NCBI GenBank assembly: GCA_964014485.1 | Contig: CAXHAT010000171.1 | Span: forward strand, 1 to 16,896 | Direction: 5' to 3' | Source: an uncultured Deferribacteres bacterium | Lineage (GTDB): Bacteria > Zhuqueibacterota > Zhuqueibacteria > Zhuqueibacterales > Geothermadaptataceae | Length of the DNA stretch: 16,896 nucleotides | Part shown: positions 1 to 8,408 of the stretch, piece by piece | How positions within the stretch are numbered: the stretch's first letter is position 1 | Layout: each line of letters starts with the position of its first letter | Notes under the pieces: model-generated | The model's database searches: none | What the model was told of the DNA's origin: nothing | Seen by the model: the letters and a program-made list of their open reading frames with translations, nothing else | Made by a program: the position numbers and the translations under genes

Positions 1-48
1 CGCGATGCAATGGAGTCTCGTGGGCTCGGAGATGGGTATAAGAGACAG
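1..48 (+). other. Sequencing adapter: Nextera Read-2 sequence plus Tn5 mosaic end (non-genomic)
   Basis: 15-48 = GTCTCGTGGGCTCGG-AGATGGGTATAAGAGACAG, matching the Nextera adapter GTCTCGTGGGCTCGGAGATGTGTATAAGAGACAG except T>G at position 35. It is preceded by TGCAATGGA (6-14). Confidence 0.98.
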
Positions 49-2085
49 TCCTTGAGATTTGTCGAAAACACGCTGTTCGCCAACCAGGCGGATTCCGGCA
101 AGGGTGGCGGCGTGTTTGTCAATTTTTCGAACAGTCTTGAAATCAAGGCCAATGAGGTTTTTGAAAATCAAGCGAAGCAGGGTGGGGGCGTTGCGCTCCA
201 AAACAGCGATGGAAGCATTGCCTTGAACAGCATTGTGCGCAACGTTGCCCGGCAAGGCGGGGGCGTTTTTCTGGAATCTTCATCGCGCGTAACCGTCGGC
301 GGCGATTATGAAAACGGCAACGACATCTACGGCAATCTTGCGAGCGGCGCGGGGACGCAACTCTTCGGCGCGAACTCCGGCCGCGTTGACGCCAACGGCA
401 ATTTTTGGGACGCCGCGCCGACTGATTCGCTCGTTTCCGGTTCTTTGCCTGTTGATTTTTCCCTGTACCGCAGCGTGACTTCTCGCGCACCGCATGATAC
501 GAGAGAATTCTTTTTTGCACCAAACGGCAGCGATCTCAACAGCGGACTTGATTCAACGGCGCCGTGGAAAATCTTAAAAACCGGCTTTGAGCGCGTATTC
601 GCCGAAAAAGGCGATTCAATCGTTTTCTCCTTGGCGTCGGGCGTATATTCCGCCTCGTCCGAGCAAGCTTTCCCAATACAAATCGAGAACGGCGTGCATC
701 TTTTGGGCAAAACGACGGCCGAAGATACAACCGTTTTTGACGGTCAGCGCCAAAGCCGTATTTTTGAAGCGCGCGAAGCGTCCAATATTTCGCTGCAGAA
801 CCTTGCCGTGCGTAACGGCTTTTTCCAGGCGCAAACCGAAAATTCCGAAGCATTTAACGGCGGCGCAGGGCTGCTGGCTGATGGCGTCGACACGCTTACG
901 TTAAAAAGCGTGGTCTTTACAGGCAATGAATCGCGCGGCGGATTTGGGGGAGCGTTGGCCGTCATAAACGACGCGAAAAACGTCGTGGTAGACTCGGTGT
1001 TTTTTGAAGACAATTTTGCTGAACCCGGCGGCGGTTTCTATGCTGAAAACCCTGACGAAATGACCATTGACCAAAGCCGTTTTTGGGGAAACGGCGGACG
1101 CGGCGGCGGATTTTTTGTGCGGGGCGGGAGCGTCAATCTCAAAAATTCCAGCCTGATTCGTAACAGCTCACCCGGGCCCGGCTCGGCGATGTTTTTCGCC
1201 GGGACTTCCACCGGTCTCATCGCTAAAAACATTATCATCGAAAACATTGTTACGGCTTCGGACACCGGTGCGGCGATTGCGATTGCCGCCGAAAGTCTGC
1301 CGATTATCGGCGGGACGGCTGGGGCCGGAAACGATATTTACAACAACAAAGGCGGGACGATGGCGCGCGCGCTCACGCGTACAAACAGCGCCGCGCCAAC
1401 AGCCGGAATCGTTGACGCACGTTTTAATTATTTTGTAACCGAAACCGTGGACGAAGCCCTGGTCGCTCCGATTTCCGCGTTCAATCTCGAAAATATCCGC
1501 ACCATCCCGATTTTCGTCAACCATAAGCCGACAGTACTTTCCGCCACGCCGGAGCCAGGCGAAATTCAGCTCGATGCGCCGCAGGAAATCACATTTTCGG
1601 TTGAAGCCGTCGATTTGGACAATGATCCCGTGACGCACGTTTGGGCGGTGAACAACGGCGGGGTTGGCACGCGCACTTCCTACACGCTGCCGGAGCGCAA
1701 GCCCGGCTCCCGCGACCATATCAAACTGCGCCTGACTGACGGAAAGTCGGACGTTTTTGTGGAATGGTTTGTCAACACCGGAACCGCAACTAGCATCGGC
1801 GACCGCAAAACCGAAATGCCGACGACTTTTTCATTGGCGCAAAATTACCCCAACCCGTTCAATCCGGTCACCACAATTTCTTTCGCCCTGCCGAAAAAAT
1901 CACATGTGCGCCTCGCCGTTTATTCTTCCGCCGGAGCACTCGTTGAAACGCTGGTGGAACAGGAAATGAACGCAGGCTTCCACCGACTCCAATGGCGCGC
2001 AGTGAACGCAGCGAGCGGAGTCTATTTTTTACATTTGAAAACTTCTGAGTTCGAGGAAAAAAAGAAAATGCTTTTAATCCGTTGA
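49..2085 (+). CDS. 5'-truncated secreted protein: right-handed parallel beta-helix repeats, DUF1565-like segment, Ig-like module and T9SS type-A-like C-terminal sorting domain
   Basis: Recurring N-x-A-xx-GG(G/A)-hydrophobic repeats (GGGVFV, GGGVAL, GGGVFL, GGALAV, GGGFYA). DUF1565-like FFAPNGSDLNSGLDSTAPWKIL...LASGVYSASSEQAFPI. C-terminus LAQNYPNPFNPVTTISFALP...SGVYFLHL...KKMLLIR. The first 13 aa of the ORF-track protein are adapter, so the true start lies outside the fragment. Confidence 0.85.
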   Translation, partial: SLRFVENTLFANQADSGKGGGVFVNFSNSLEIKANEVFENQAKQGGGVALQNSDGSIALNSIVRNVARQGGGVFLESSSRVTVGGDYENGNDIYGNLASGAGTQLFGANSGRVDANGNFWDAAPTDSLVSGSLPVDFSLYRSVTSRAPHDTREFFFAPNGSDLNSGLDSTAPWKILKTGFERVFAEKGDSIVFSLASGVYSASSEQAFPIQIENGVHLLGKTTAEDTTVFDGQRQSRIFEAREASNISLQNLAVRNGFFQAQTENSEAFNGGAGLLADGVDTLTLKSVVFTGNESRGGFGGALAVINDAKNVVVDSVFFEDNFAEPGGGFYAENPDEMTIDQSRFWGNGGRGGGFFVRGGSVNLKNSSLIRNSSPGPGSAMFFAGTSTGLIAKNIIIENIVTASDTGAAIAIAAESLPIIGGTAGAGNDIYNNKGGTMARALTRTNSAAPTAGIVDARFNYFVTETVDEALVAPISAFNLENIRTIPIFVNHKPTVLSATPEPGEIQLDAPQEITFSVEAVDLDNDPVTHVWAVNNGGVGTRTSYTLPERKPGSRDHIKLRLTDGKSDVFVEWFVNTGTATSIGDRKTEMPTTFSLAQNYPNPFNPVTTISFALPKKSHVRLAVYSSAGALVETLVEQEMNAGFHRLQWRAVNAASGVYFLHLKTSEFEEKKKMLLIR

Positions 2086-2131
2086 AGCTTCGAGCGGGAG
2101 ACTAAAAATATCGTGAGGAGGAATCAGGGGC

Positions 2132-5100
2132 ATGCACCGAGTCATCACGCTTATCATCTTTGTCGGCGCGTTTGTCGGGGAAGCTTTTGCTCAGCGTTTG
2201 TTTGTGAATGAAATTCTCGCGTCCAATAATCAAACGTCGTTCGATGAAGACGGGGAGTCGAGCGATTGGATTGAGATTTTTAACGCCGATTCCGTCACCG
2301 TCAACTTGGACGGATTTACGCTGACGGACGATCCGGCAAATCCTGCGCTTTGGACTTTTCCCGCAGTCACGATAGATTCCGGCGGCCATTTCATTATTTG
2401 GGCTTCTGACAAGAATCGCGCGCAGCCTGACGGAGAATTGCACGCCAATTTCAAGCTCAAATCCAGCGGCGAGTACGTCGGAATCTACGATCCGAACGGC
2501 GATCTCATCGACGGCGTGACGTTTGGCTCGCAAACCACAGACGTGAGCTATGGCCGCATTCCCGACGGCGAAAACAATTTCGATTTTTTTAGCGCGCCCA
2601 CGCCCGGAACGGCGAACTCCGGCGTCGCTAACGGCGGACTCCTGCTTGAATTTTCTCACGATCAAGGCGTTTACGCTGACACGCTCGATCTTGTGCTGAC
2701 GACCGATATTCCCGGCGGCGAAATTCGTTACGCTATCGGCGGCGACGTTCCGGTCGATACAAGTTTTTTGTATATCGCTCCGATTGACGTGGACAGCTCG
2801 ATGGTCGTACGGGCGCAGGTTTTTGTGCAAGGGGCGCCGCAAACCGAGGTTGAAACGCGGTTGTACATCATTGACGACGATCCGTCGCTGCCTGTGCTTT
2901 CGATTGTGACCGCGCCGGAAAATTTGTTTGATCCCGAGACCGGCATTTACGAAAACTACGAAGGTCGCGGCATGGCGTGGGAGCGTCCGGCGCACATGAC
3001 TTTGATCGAAAACGGCGAGACGCAATTTGCCCTGGATTTTGGCTTGCGCATGCACGGGTTTTACACGCGGCGTTTGGACAAAAAATCATTCCGCGCCTAT
3101 TTCCGCAGCGAGTACGGCTCTTCCACCCTCAACGCGCAGCTTTTCCCCGAAAAGGATATTCGACACTTCAAGCGGCTGGTCATTCATTCCGGCGGGCAGG
3201 ATCAGGTGACGGATCAAAAACGCGCTTCGCTCATTCGCAATCCTTTGGCCGTGCAGTTGTGGCTGGACATGGGCGTGGATCAGGGGCACGTCTCAATGTA
3301 CAAGCCGGTCTCGATGTACTTGAACGGCGAATATTGGGGCTTGTATTGGCTGCGGGAGCGCATCGACGATCATTTTCTCGACGACAATTTCAGCATCAAA
3401 GACGCTGATTTGCAGGAGATTATTCGCGAAACGTATTTGCCGGAAGTCAAAGTTGGTGATGATGCTTTTTGGCAAGAATTGTGGGATTTTCTGGCCGCGA
3501 ATGATTTGAGCGGGAGCGCTGAATTCGAAGCTTTCGAAAACAAATATATTGAGGTCGACAATTTTATTTCCTACCAAATTCTCGAAATGTACATGGCCAA
3601 TTTCGACTGGCCGCATTTCAATTTATATCGTTTTCGCGACCGCTCAACGGCGGGAAAATTTAAGTATATTTTGTGGGACACGGATCAGGCGTTTCATCTC
3701 TTCAATCAAATCGGCGCCGAGCACAACACGGCCGCATGGGCGACGCGCGACCAGGTGCGCACCGATCTCAACTGGCGCGAAGACCCTGGCGGTTCATGGC
3801 TTTGGAGCACGGTCGTGATGCGTGAATTGCTGGCGAATCAGGAATTCAAGCGTCGCTTCATCGATGAGTTTTTGCACTTGAATTTCACGGTTTTGCACAA
3901 AGATCATGTCCTCGACCGCATCGATGAATTTGAAGAGATGATCGAAGACGAGATTGAGCGCGAAACGGATCGCTGGAAAGAAGGAACGGTCACGAAATGG
4001 CGCAATAATCTCGGGATTATTCGCACGTTCGCGCGCAATCGCGGTGCGGCGATGACGGGGCATATCGCCGAAGCGTTGGGCTTGACGGCTCCTGTGAAGC
4101 TGACGATTGAGGCGCCTTACGGCAATGGCGAAATGCGCGTGAACTCCGTCTCGCCCAAGCGTTTGCCGTGGTCGGGCGATTTTTTCCCGGACATTCCGGT
4201 CGAGCTGACCGCGATAGCCGGGAGCGGCTTTGATTTTCTGCGCTGGAGCGACAATGATTTGCCGCACAATTCTTCCCTTGCGTTGAATTTGGAAAAAGAC
4301 AAAACCTTGCGCGCTGTTTTCACCGACGGTTCGCTCAATGTTATCGGCGCGGAAGCAACGAACGTACGACCAGAAACGGCGACAATTTTGGCGGAAAGCG
4401 ATTACCCGACCAAGGCTTTCATCGAATACGGCGTTTCGAATGCTTACGGCAAAACCACGCGAATAACTGACAGTTTTGAGGTTAATCACGTTTTTTATCT
4501 TTCCGATTTGACGCCGAAAGCCGAGCATCATTTTCGCGTGCATGTTGAACGCGAAGACGGAACAAAATCGACCAGCAACGACCTTGTCTTTACGACGCTT
4601 GCGCCGGACACGATTCCGCCGGTTTTTTCAAATGTTGAAGTTCAGGCGCTCGCGTGGCATACCGTCTCGGTTTCGTGGCAGACCGACGAACTGGCGCGCG
4701 GCGGCGTTGAGTATGACACGACGCAGGCGTTCACACAAAAGCTGTCGTCAGATTCGTTGTTTAAATTTAGCGACACTTTGAGTGTGCGCGATTTGGACGA
4801 AAAAACGCGCTATTTTTTTCGCATTTTCTCCCGCGATACGACCGGAAATTTGGGGCGCAGTGAAATTGTAGAATTAACGACTCCGGTTGCGCCGGACACC
4901 ATTGCGCCGGAAATCCTGGAAGTTCTGCTGCAAGACGTCACTTGGCGGCAAGCAGCGGTTGTGTGCTCAACCAACGAACGTACGAAAGCCTTGTTAACTT
5001 ATCATCTTGATCAGGACACGACTCAGCAGGTTTTGAGTCTGGATTCCTTGAGCGTTGTTCACAGATTTTCGTTGACTGGACTGGCGCATGATACGACATA

Positions 5101-6079
5101 TTTCGGGCGGATCACCGTCACGGATTCGAGCGGAAACGCCGCCGAAAGCGCTTTGTTTGATTTTCGAACCGCGATTCCGCCGGATACGATTCCGCCGCTG
5201 ATTTTTGAGGAGCAAATCGCTGAAATTACCTTTGACAAAGCGAGCATCTTTTGGTCGACGAACGAGCCGACGGCGGGAAACGTTGAATATGGTCTGGATT
5301 CGCTTTTGGGACAAATTTCGTCGCCGGATTCGGCTTTGAAAAGCGAGCACGAAATTACGCTGAGCAATCTTCTGCCCGACGCGCCTTATTTTTACCGCTC
5401 GGTCGCAAGGGACAGTTCCGGCAACGTCGCCCTGAGCGCGCTTCGAAAATTTCGCACGCTCACAGCGCCGGACACAACAGCGCCGCAGATCATTGAATTA
5501 TCGATCATCGATACGGCGGCGACTTCCGCCGACATTCGCTTGCAAACTGACGAGCCTGCGAAAATTCGCTTCATTTACGGGCTGACGATTGCGTTGCCGG
5601 ACACCGCTAAAAGTGATGATTCCTGGGCCGTGAGCCATGCGTTCAGTCTGAATCCTCTCGTTTCCGACACGCTTTATTTTGCGAAGATTACTTTTGAAGA
5701 TTCCGTCGGCAATTCCGGGACAAGCGATTTGATGACGTTCCGAACGCAGCCTTTGGCGACAAGCGTTTTGGGTGGGGAACCGCCGCAATCGTTTTCCGTT
5801 TCTTCAGCTTTTCCAAATCCGTTTAACGCACAGACGCGCTTGCGCATCGACATTCCGGAGGCGGGGCGTTTAAGCGTGCAGGTTTTTGATCTTCACGGCA
5901 AAAAGACGGCGGAGTTGTTTCAAAATAACGTTGGCGCAGGCAGGGAAATTCTGACTTGGGACGGTCGCAATCATCGCAGCGTTTTGGTGAGCAGCGGCGT
6001 TTATCTCATTTTTATAGAGTATAAAAAAACGGGCGGGGATATTGAAAGAAGCGTCAGGCGGATTGTTCTCTTGAAATGA
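2132..6079 (+). CDS. Secreted CotH-kinase-family multidomain protein (signal peptide, lamin-tail domain, FN3-associated module, CotH kinase, 5x FN3-like, T9SS/FlgD-like CTD)
   Basis: RBS GAGGAGG at 2115-2121. Signal peptide MHRVITLIIFVGAFVGEAFA. LTD motifs NEILASN, DWIEIFN, LTDD, NFKLKSSGE, PTPGTAN. CotH-type motifs GLYWLRERID, ANFDWPHFN, ILWDTDQAF. PDT(I/T)(P/A)P-linked repeats. C-terminal AFPNPFNAQT...WDGRN...SSGVY. Confidence 0.88.
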   Translation: MHRVITLIIFVGAFVGEAFAQRLFVNEILASNNQTSFDEDGESSDWIEIFNADSVTVNLDGFTLTDDPANPALWTFPAVTIDSGGHFIIWASDKNRAQPDGELHANFKLKSSGEYVGIYDPNGDLIDGVTFGSQTTDVSYGRIPDGENNFDFFSAPTPGTANSGVANGGLLLEFSHDQGVYADTLDLVLTTDIPGGEIRYAIGGDVPVDTSFLYIAPIDVDSSMVVRAQVFVQGAPQTEVETRLYIIDDDPSLPVLSIVTAPENLFDPETGIYENYEGRGMAWERPAHMTLIENGETQFALDFGLRMHGFYTRRLDKKSFRAYFRSEYGSSTLNAQLFPEKDIRHFKRLVIHSGGQDQVTDQKRASLIRNPLAVQLWLDMGVDQGHVSMYKPVSMYLNGEYWGLYWLRERIDDHFLDDNFSIKDADLQEIIRETYLPEVKVGDDAFWQELWDFLAANDLSGSAEFEAFENKYIEVDNFISYQILEMYMANFDWPHFNLYRFRDRSTAGKFKYILWDTDQAFHLFNQIGAEHNTAAWATRDQVRTDLNWREDPGGSWLWSTVVMRELLANQEFKRRFIDEFLHLNFTVLHKDHVLDRIDEFEEMIEDEIERETDRWKEGTVTKWRNNLGIIRTFARNRGAAMTGHIAEALGLTAPVKLTIEAPYGNGEMRVNSVSPKRLPWSGDFFPDIPVELTAIAGSGFDFLRWSDNDLPHNSSLALNLEKDKTLRAVFTDGSLNVIGAEATNVRPETATILAESDYPTKAFIEYGVSNAYGKTTRITDSFEVNHVFYLSDLTPKAEHHFRVHVEREDGTKSTSNDLVFTTLAPDTIPPVFSNVEVQALAWHTVSVSWQTDELARGGVEYDTTQAFTQKLSSDSLFKFSDTLSVRDLDEKTRYFFRIFSRDTTGNLGRSEIVELTTPVAPDTIAPEILEVLLQDVTWRQAAVVCSTNERTKALLTYHLDQDTTQQVLSLDSLSVVHRFSLTGLAHDTTYFGRITVTDSSGNAAESALFDFRTAIPPDTIPPLIFEEQIAEITFDKASIFWSTNEPTAGNVEYGLDSLLGQISSPDSALKSEHEITLSNLLPDAPYFYRSVARDSSGNVALSALRKFRTLTAPDTTAPQIIELSIIDTAATSADIRLQTDEPAKIRFIYGLTIALPDTAKSDDSWAVSHAFSLNPLVSDTLYFAKITFEDSVGNSGTSDLMTFRTQPLATSVLGGEPPQSFSVSSAFPNPFNAQTRLRIDIPEAGRLSVQVFDLHGKKTAELFQNNVGAGREILTWDGRNHRSVLVSSGVYLIFIEYKKTGGDIERSVRRIVLLK
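4316..5755 (+). repeat. Five tandem ~96-aa FN3-like modules within the CotH protein
   Basis: Linker codons CCG GA(C/T) AC start at 4604, 4892, 5180 and 5468, an exact 288-bp period. Modules share W/C-x-T-(D/N)-E, EYG, H-x-F/I-x-L-xx-L and D-xx-GN. Outer bounds are extrapolated by one period. Confidence 0.85.
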
Positions 6080-6110
6080 TGAAAAGCATTCGCGGCTTGG
6101 CAGGAGGGGG

Positions 6111-6139
6111 TTGCGCGTTCCTGGCAGGCGAACTATATT
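6111..6139 (+). promoter_or_regulatory. Putative sigma70-type promoter for the GH16 gene
   Basis: TTGCGC (6111-6116), 17-nt spacer, TATATT (6134-6139), 42 nt upstream of ATG 6182. Confidence 0.4.
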
Positions 6140-6181
6140 GCCCGATCCAAGAATTATGACACGCACCAAACCCCAATTCCC

Positions 6182-7996
6182 ATGCGAAAACAAAAAACCG
6201 GTTTTTTCCTTCTGCTTGTATTGCTTTCATTTTCTTGCGATTTATTCGCGCAAAGCAAACCTTGGCGCGGCGGCGAATTGCGAACTAAAGTTTCTTATCG
6301 CTACGGAAAATTCGAAGTTCGCATGAAATCTGCGCAGGCCAGCGGCATGCTGACGACGTTTTTTACCTATCACGATCCATTTCCTTTTAACGCCTCGCTT
6401 TGGAATGAAATTGACGTTGAAGTGCTTGGTCGATACAGCGACCAAGTACAGTTCAATACCATCACGGCAAACGAAGTGCACCACGTTTTTTCCGCCGAGC
6501 TTAAGGTCAACCCGCACGCCGCCTTTCACGAGTACGCGATTGAATGGACGCCGGATTATGTCGCCTGGTTTTTTGACGGCTTTGAAATTTATCGACAGAC
6601 CGAATCGCACGTTCAGACGCTTTCGCGTGCGCAGAAATTCATGATGAACATTTGGCAGCCGATCTATACGGACTGGACGGGGACGTTCGATCCGAATGAT
6701 TTGCCGTTGCACGGGTTCTATGATTGGGCGCGATATTCAGAATACACGCCGGAAAGCGAAGATAAATTTACATTGGTTTGGGAAGATAATTTTGACGCCT
6801 GGGATACGTCGCGCTGGGCAAAAGCGTCGCATACTTTTAACGGCAACAATGCGCGTTTCACCGGCACAAACGTCAATTTCCAGGACGGCTACATGATCCT
6901 GAGCTTGACGCGACCGGAGGCGACGGGCTATGGCGGCGAGACGATTGTGGAAGAAGACGTTGACCCGCCCTACCTTGTTTGGGCGCGTGCTGTGGAAGGC
7001 GCGGTTTACGCCCAATTTTCGGAAAAACTGGACGCGGCCAGCGCGGAGAATTTGAGCCGTTACACGCTGACGGGCGTTTCTTTGGAAGCGGCGGAATTGC
7101 AGGAAGACGAGCGCGTTGTCGCGTTATTGTCGAGTGAGATTACGCCGGAAAAAACGTACTTGCTGGTCGCGCAAAAGCTCAAAGATCAATCCGGCAACAA
7201 TCTTGAAATGAAGCTGCAATTTGAAAACGTTTCGTCGCAACTGATTTTCCCGGCGACAATTAACGTTGGAAGCGAAGAAGACGCCGAGGGCGTTTTGACG
7301 GACAAGATTTGGGAATTCAAGCAAGAATACGGCGGAATTGGCGGCGCTTTGAAGGCGGTTCCGGAAGGCGTTGAAATCGTCGGCGCGCAGGGCGACCCCG
7401 TTTTTTCAAGCTTTCGCGAAGGGTTGACGTTCTACCAGGTTCGCGTTCCAAACGGCGTTTGGAATCTCAAGTTGGATTTCGTCGAAACTGAGTTTGATCA
7501 AGCAGGAAAGCGCGTGTTTGATGTTTTCGTGGAAGGGAACGAGGCGCTTTCGGATATTGATATTTTTGCACAGGCGGGAGCGAATACCGCGTTTTCGCAG
7601 AATATTGAAAGCGTCCTGGTGGATGACGGGATGTTGGACGTGTATTTTAAATCGCAGACGGGTAAAACGGTTTTGGCCGGGCTGTCTGTGAACGGCTCGC
7701 CGACGTCCGTTCACGCGCCAAATCATCCGCCGAGCGCTTTTAAGTTGAGCGTTTATCCGAATCCTTTCAATCCGTCGACAACGATTGCCTACCAGGTTCC
7801 GGAGCCGGGCGAAATAGTGATCGATCTTTTCAACGCCGTCGGGCAGCGCGTTCGGCGCATCGTTGAAACGCGCCAGGCTGCGGGAAATTTTGAACTTCTG
7901 CTCGACGCTTCGAGCTTAACCAGCGGGGTTTATTTCGTCAATTTTCGTTTCAATCAAACGCCTGTTAAAACGCAGAAAATTTTGTATTTGAAGTAG
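6182..7996 (+). CDS. Secreted GH16 beta-1,3-1,4-glucanase (lichenase)-like enzyme, circularly permuted, with Ig-like and malectin domains and a T9SS-like CTD
   Basis: Signal peptide ending DLFA. YGKFEVRMK, catalytic EIDVE (6407-6421), FHEYAIEWTPDYVAWFFDG. Malectin-like VPNGVWNLKLDFVE...GKRVFDVFVEG...DIDIFAQAG. C-terminus SVYPNPFNPSTTI...SGVYFV...KILYLK. Confidence 0.9.
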   Translation: MRKQKTGFFLLLVLLSFSCDLFAQSKPWRGGELRTKVSYRYGKFEVRMKSAQASGMLTTFFTYHDPFPFNASLWNEIDVEVLGRYSDQVQFNTITANEVHHVFSAELKVNPHAAFHEYAIEWTPDYVAWFFDGFEIYRQTESHVQTLSRAQKFMMNIWQPIYTDWTGTFDPNDLPLHGFYDWARYSEYTPESEDKFTLVWEDNFDAWDTSRWAKASHTFNGNNARFTGTNVNFQDGYMILSLTRPEATGYGGETIVEEDVDPPYLVWARAVEGAVYAQFSEKLDAASAENLSRYTLTGVSLEAAELQEDERVVALLSSEITPEKTYLLVAQKLKDQSGNNLEMKLQFENVSSQLIFPATINVGSEEDAEGVLTDKIWEFKQEYGGIGGALKAVPEGVEIVGAQGDPVFSSFREGLTFYQVRVPNGVWNLKLDFVETEFDQAGKRVFDVFVEGNEALSDIDIFAQAGANTAFSQNIESVLVDDGMLDVYFKSQTGKTVLAGLSVNGSPTSVHAPNHPPSAFKLSVYPNPFNPSTTIAYQVPEPGEIVIDLFNAVGQRVRRIVETRQAAGNFELLLDASSLTSGVYFVNFRFNQTPVKTQKILYLK

Positions 7997-8095
7997 TAAC
8001 CAGATGGCTGTTTTGGAGTGCAACGCTTCAGCTTTGCGAGGATTTAACTGATGTTACACACGCTCGACCCATGAGCAACTTTTGATTCTCATTAG

Positions 8096-8121
8096 CTCCG
8101 CTCTTCAGAGCGGAGGTTTTT
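8096..8121 (+). terminator. Possible intrinsic terminator for the + strand GH16 transcript (also a REP-like hairpin)
   Basis: CTCCGCTCT-TC-AGAGCGGAG stem followed by GTTTTT, about 100 nt after the GH16 stop. Confidence 0.4.
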
Positions 8122-8135
8122 GAAGGCGGGCGCCC

Positions 8136-8171
8136 TATCTCTTCCGCCGCACCAGCGCGGCGGAAGAGATA
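8136..8171. repeat. Perfect 15-bp hairpin at the centre of element A
   Basis: TATCTCTTCCGCCGC-ACCAGC-GCGGCGGAAGAGATA. Confidence 0.9.
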
Positions 8172-8285
8172 AAAATGGGTGTTTTGCGCGTCACCGGGCT
8201 GAAGCCCGGCGCTAATGAGACCAGATTTGTCCTAAGGTTCAGGGGATATGCGTTGCCGCACGTAACATCAGTGTTTAAATGAAAA

Positions 8286-8408
8286 GGAGCGGTCGAAGAC
8301 ACGATTTCTGAATGAGAGGCATGTCAAATGTAAGGGTTCAAGATTTTGAACCTCTACGACATGTTGTGTGACGCTATAAAATATTTTGTTTTTGAATAGC
8401 CCCGAGTA
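8286..8408. mobile_element. ~120-bp MITE/REP-like element B1 with GTAG-type palindromic core, flanked by 12-bp direct repeats
   Basis: Core GTAAGGGTTCAAGATTTTGAACCTCTAC (8330-8357). TTTAAATGAAAA occurs at 8274-8285 and 8409-8420. Homologous to 9642-9763. Confidence 0.65.

Larger units (their letters stand above)
8047..8272. mobile_element. MITE/REPIN-like non-autonomous element A with nested inverted repeats
   Basis: Perfect 11-bp IR ACTGATGTTAC (8047-8057) / GTAACATCAGT (8262-8272). Inner perfect 10-bp IR TCTCATTAGC (8087-8096) / GCTAATGAGA (8211-8220). Three internal hairpins. Mobility is inferred. Confidence 0.55.

Noticed and set aside
10..48. ATG start and N-terminus MESRGLGDGYKRQ of the 691-aa ORF
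   Set aside because: Encoded by the adapter.
2102..3055. 317-aa antisense ORF and similar shadow ORFs (1168-1719, 3794-4543, 10027-10713, 10218-10793, 11149-11787, 15161-15679)
   Set aside because: They overlap well-supported genes, have no recognisable motifs, and are typical of codon-bias shadow frames.
4316..5755. FN3 repeats as a diversity-generating retroelement TR/VR pair
   Set aside because: The repeats differ at all base types rather than only at adenines, and no reverse transcriptase is present.
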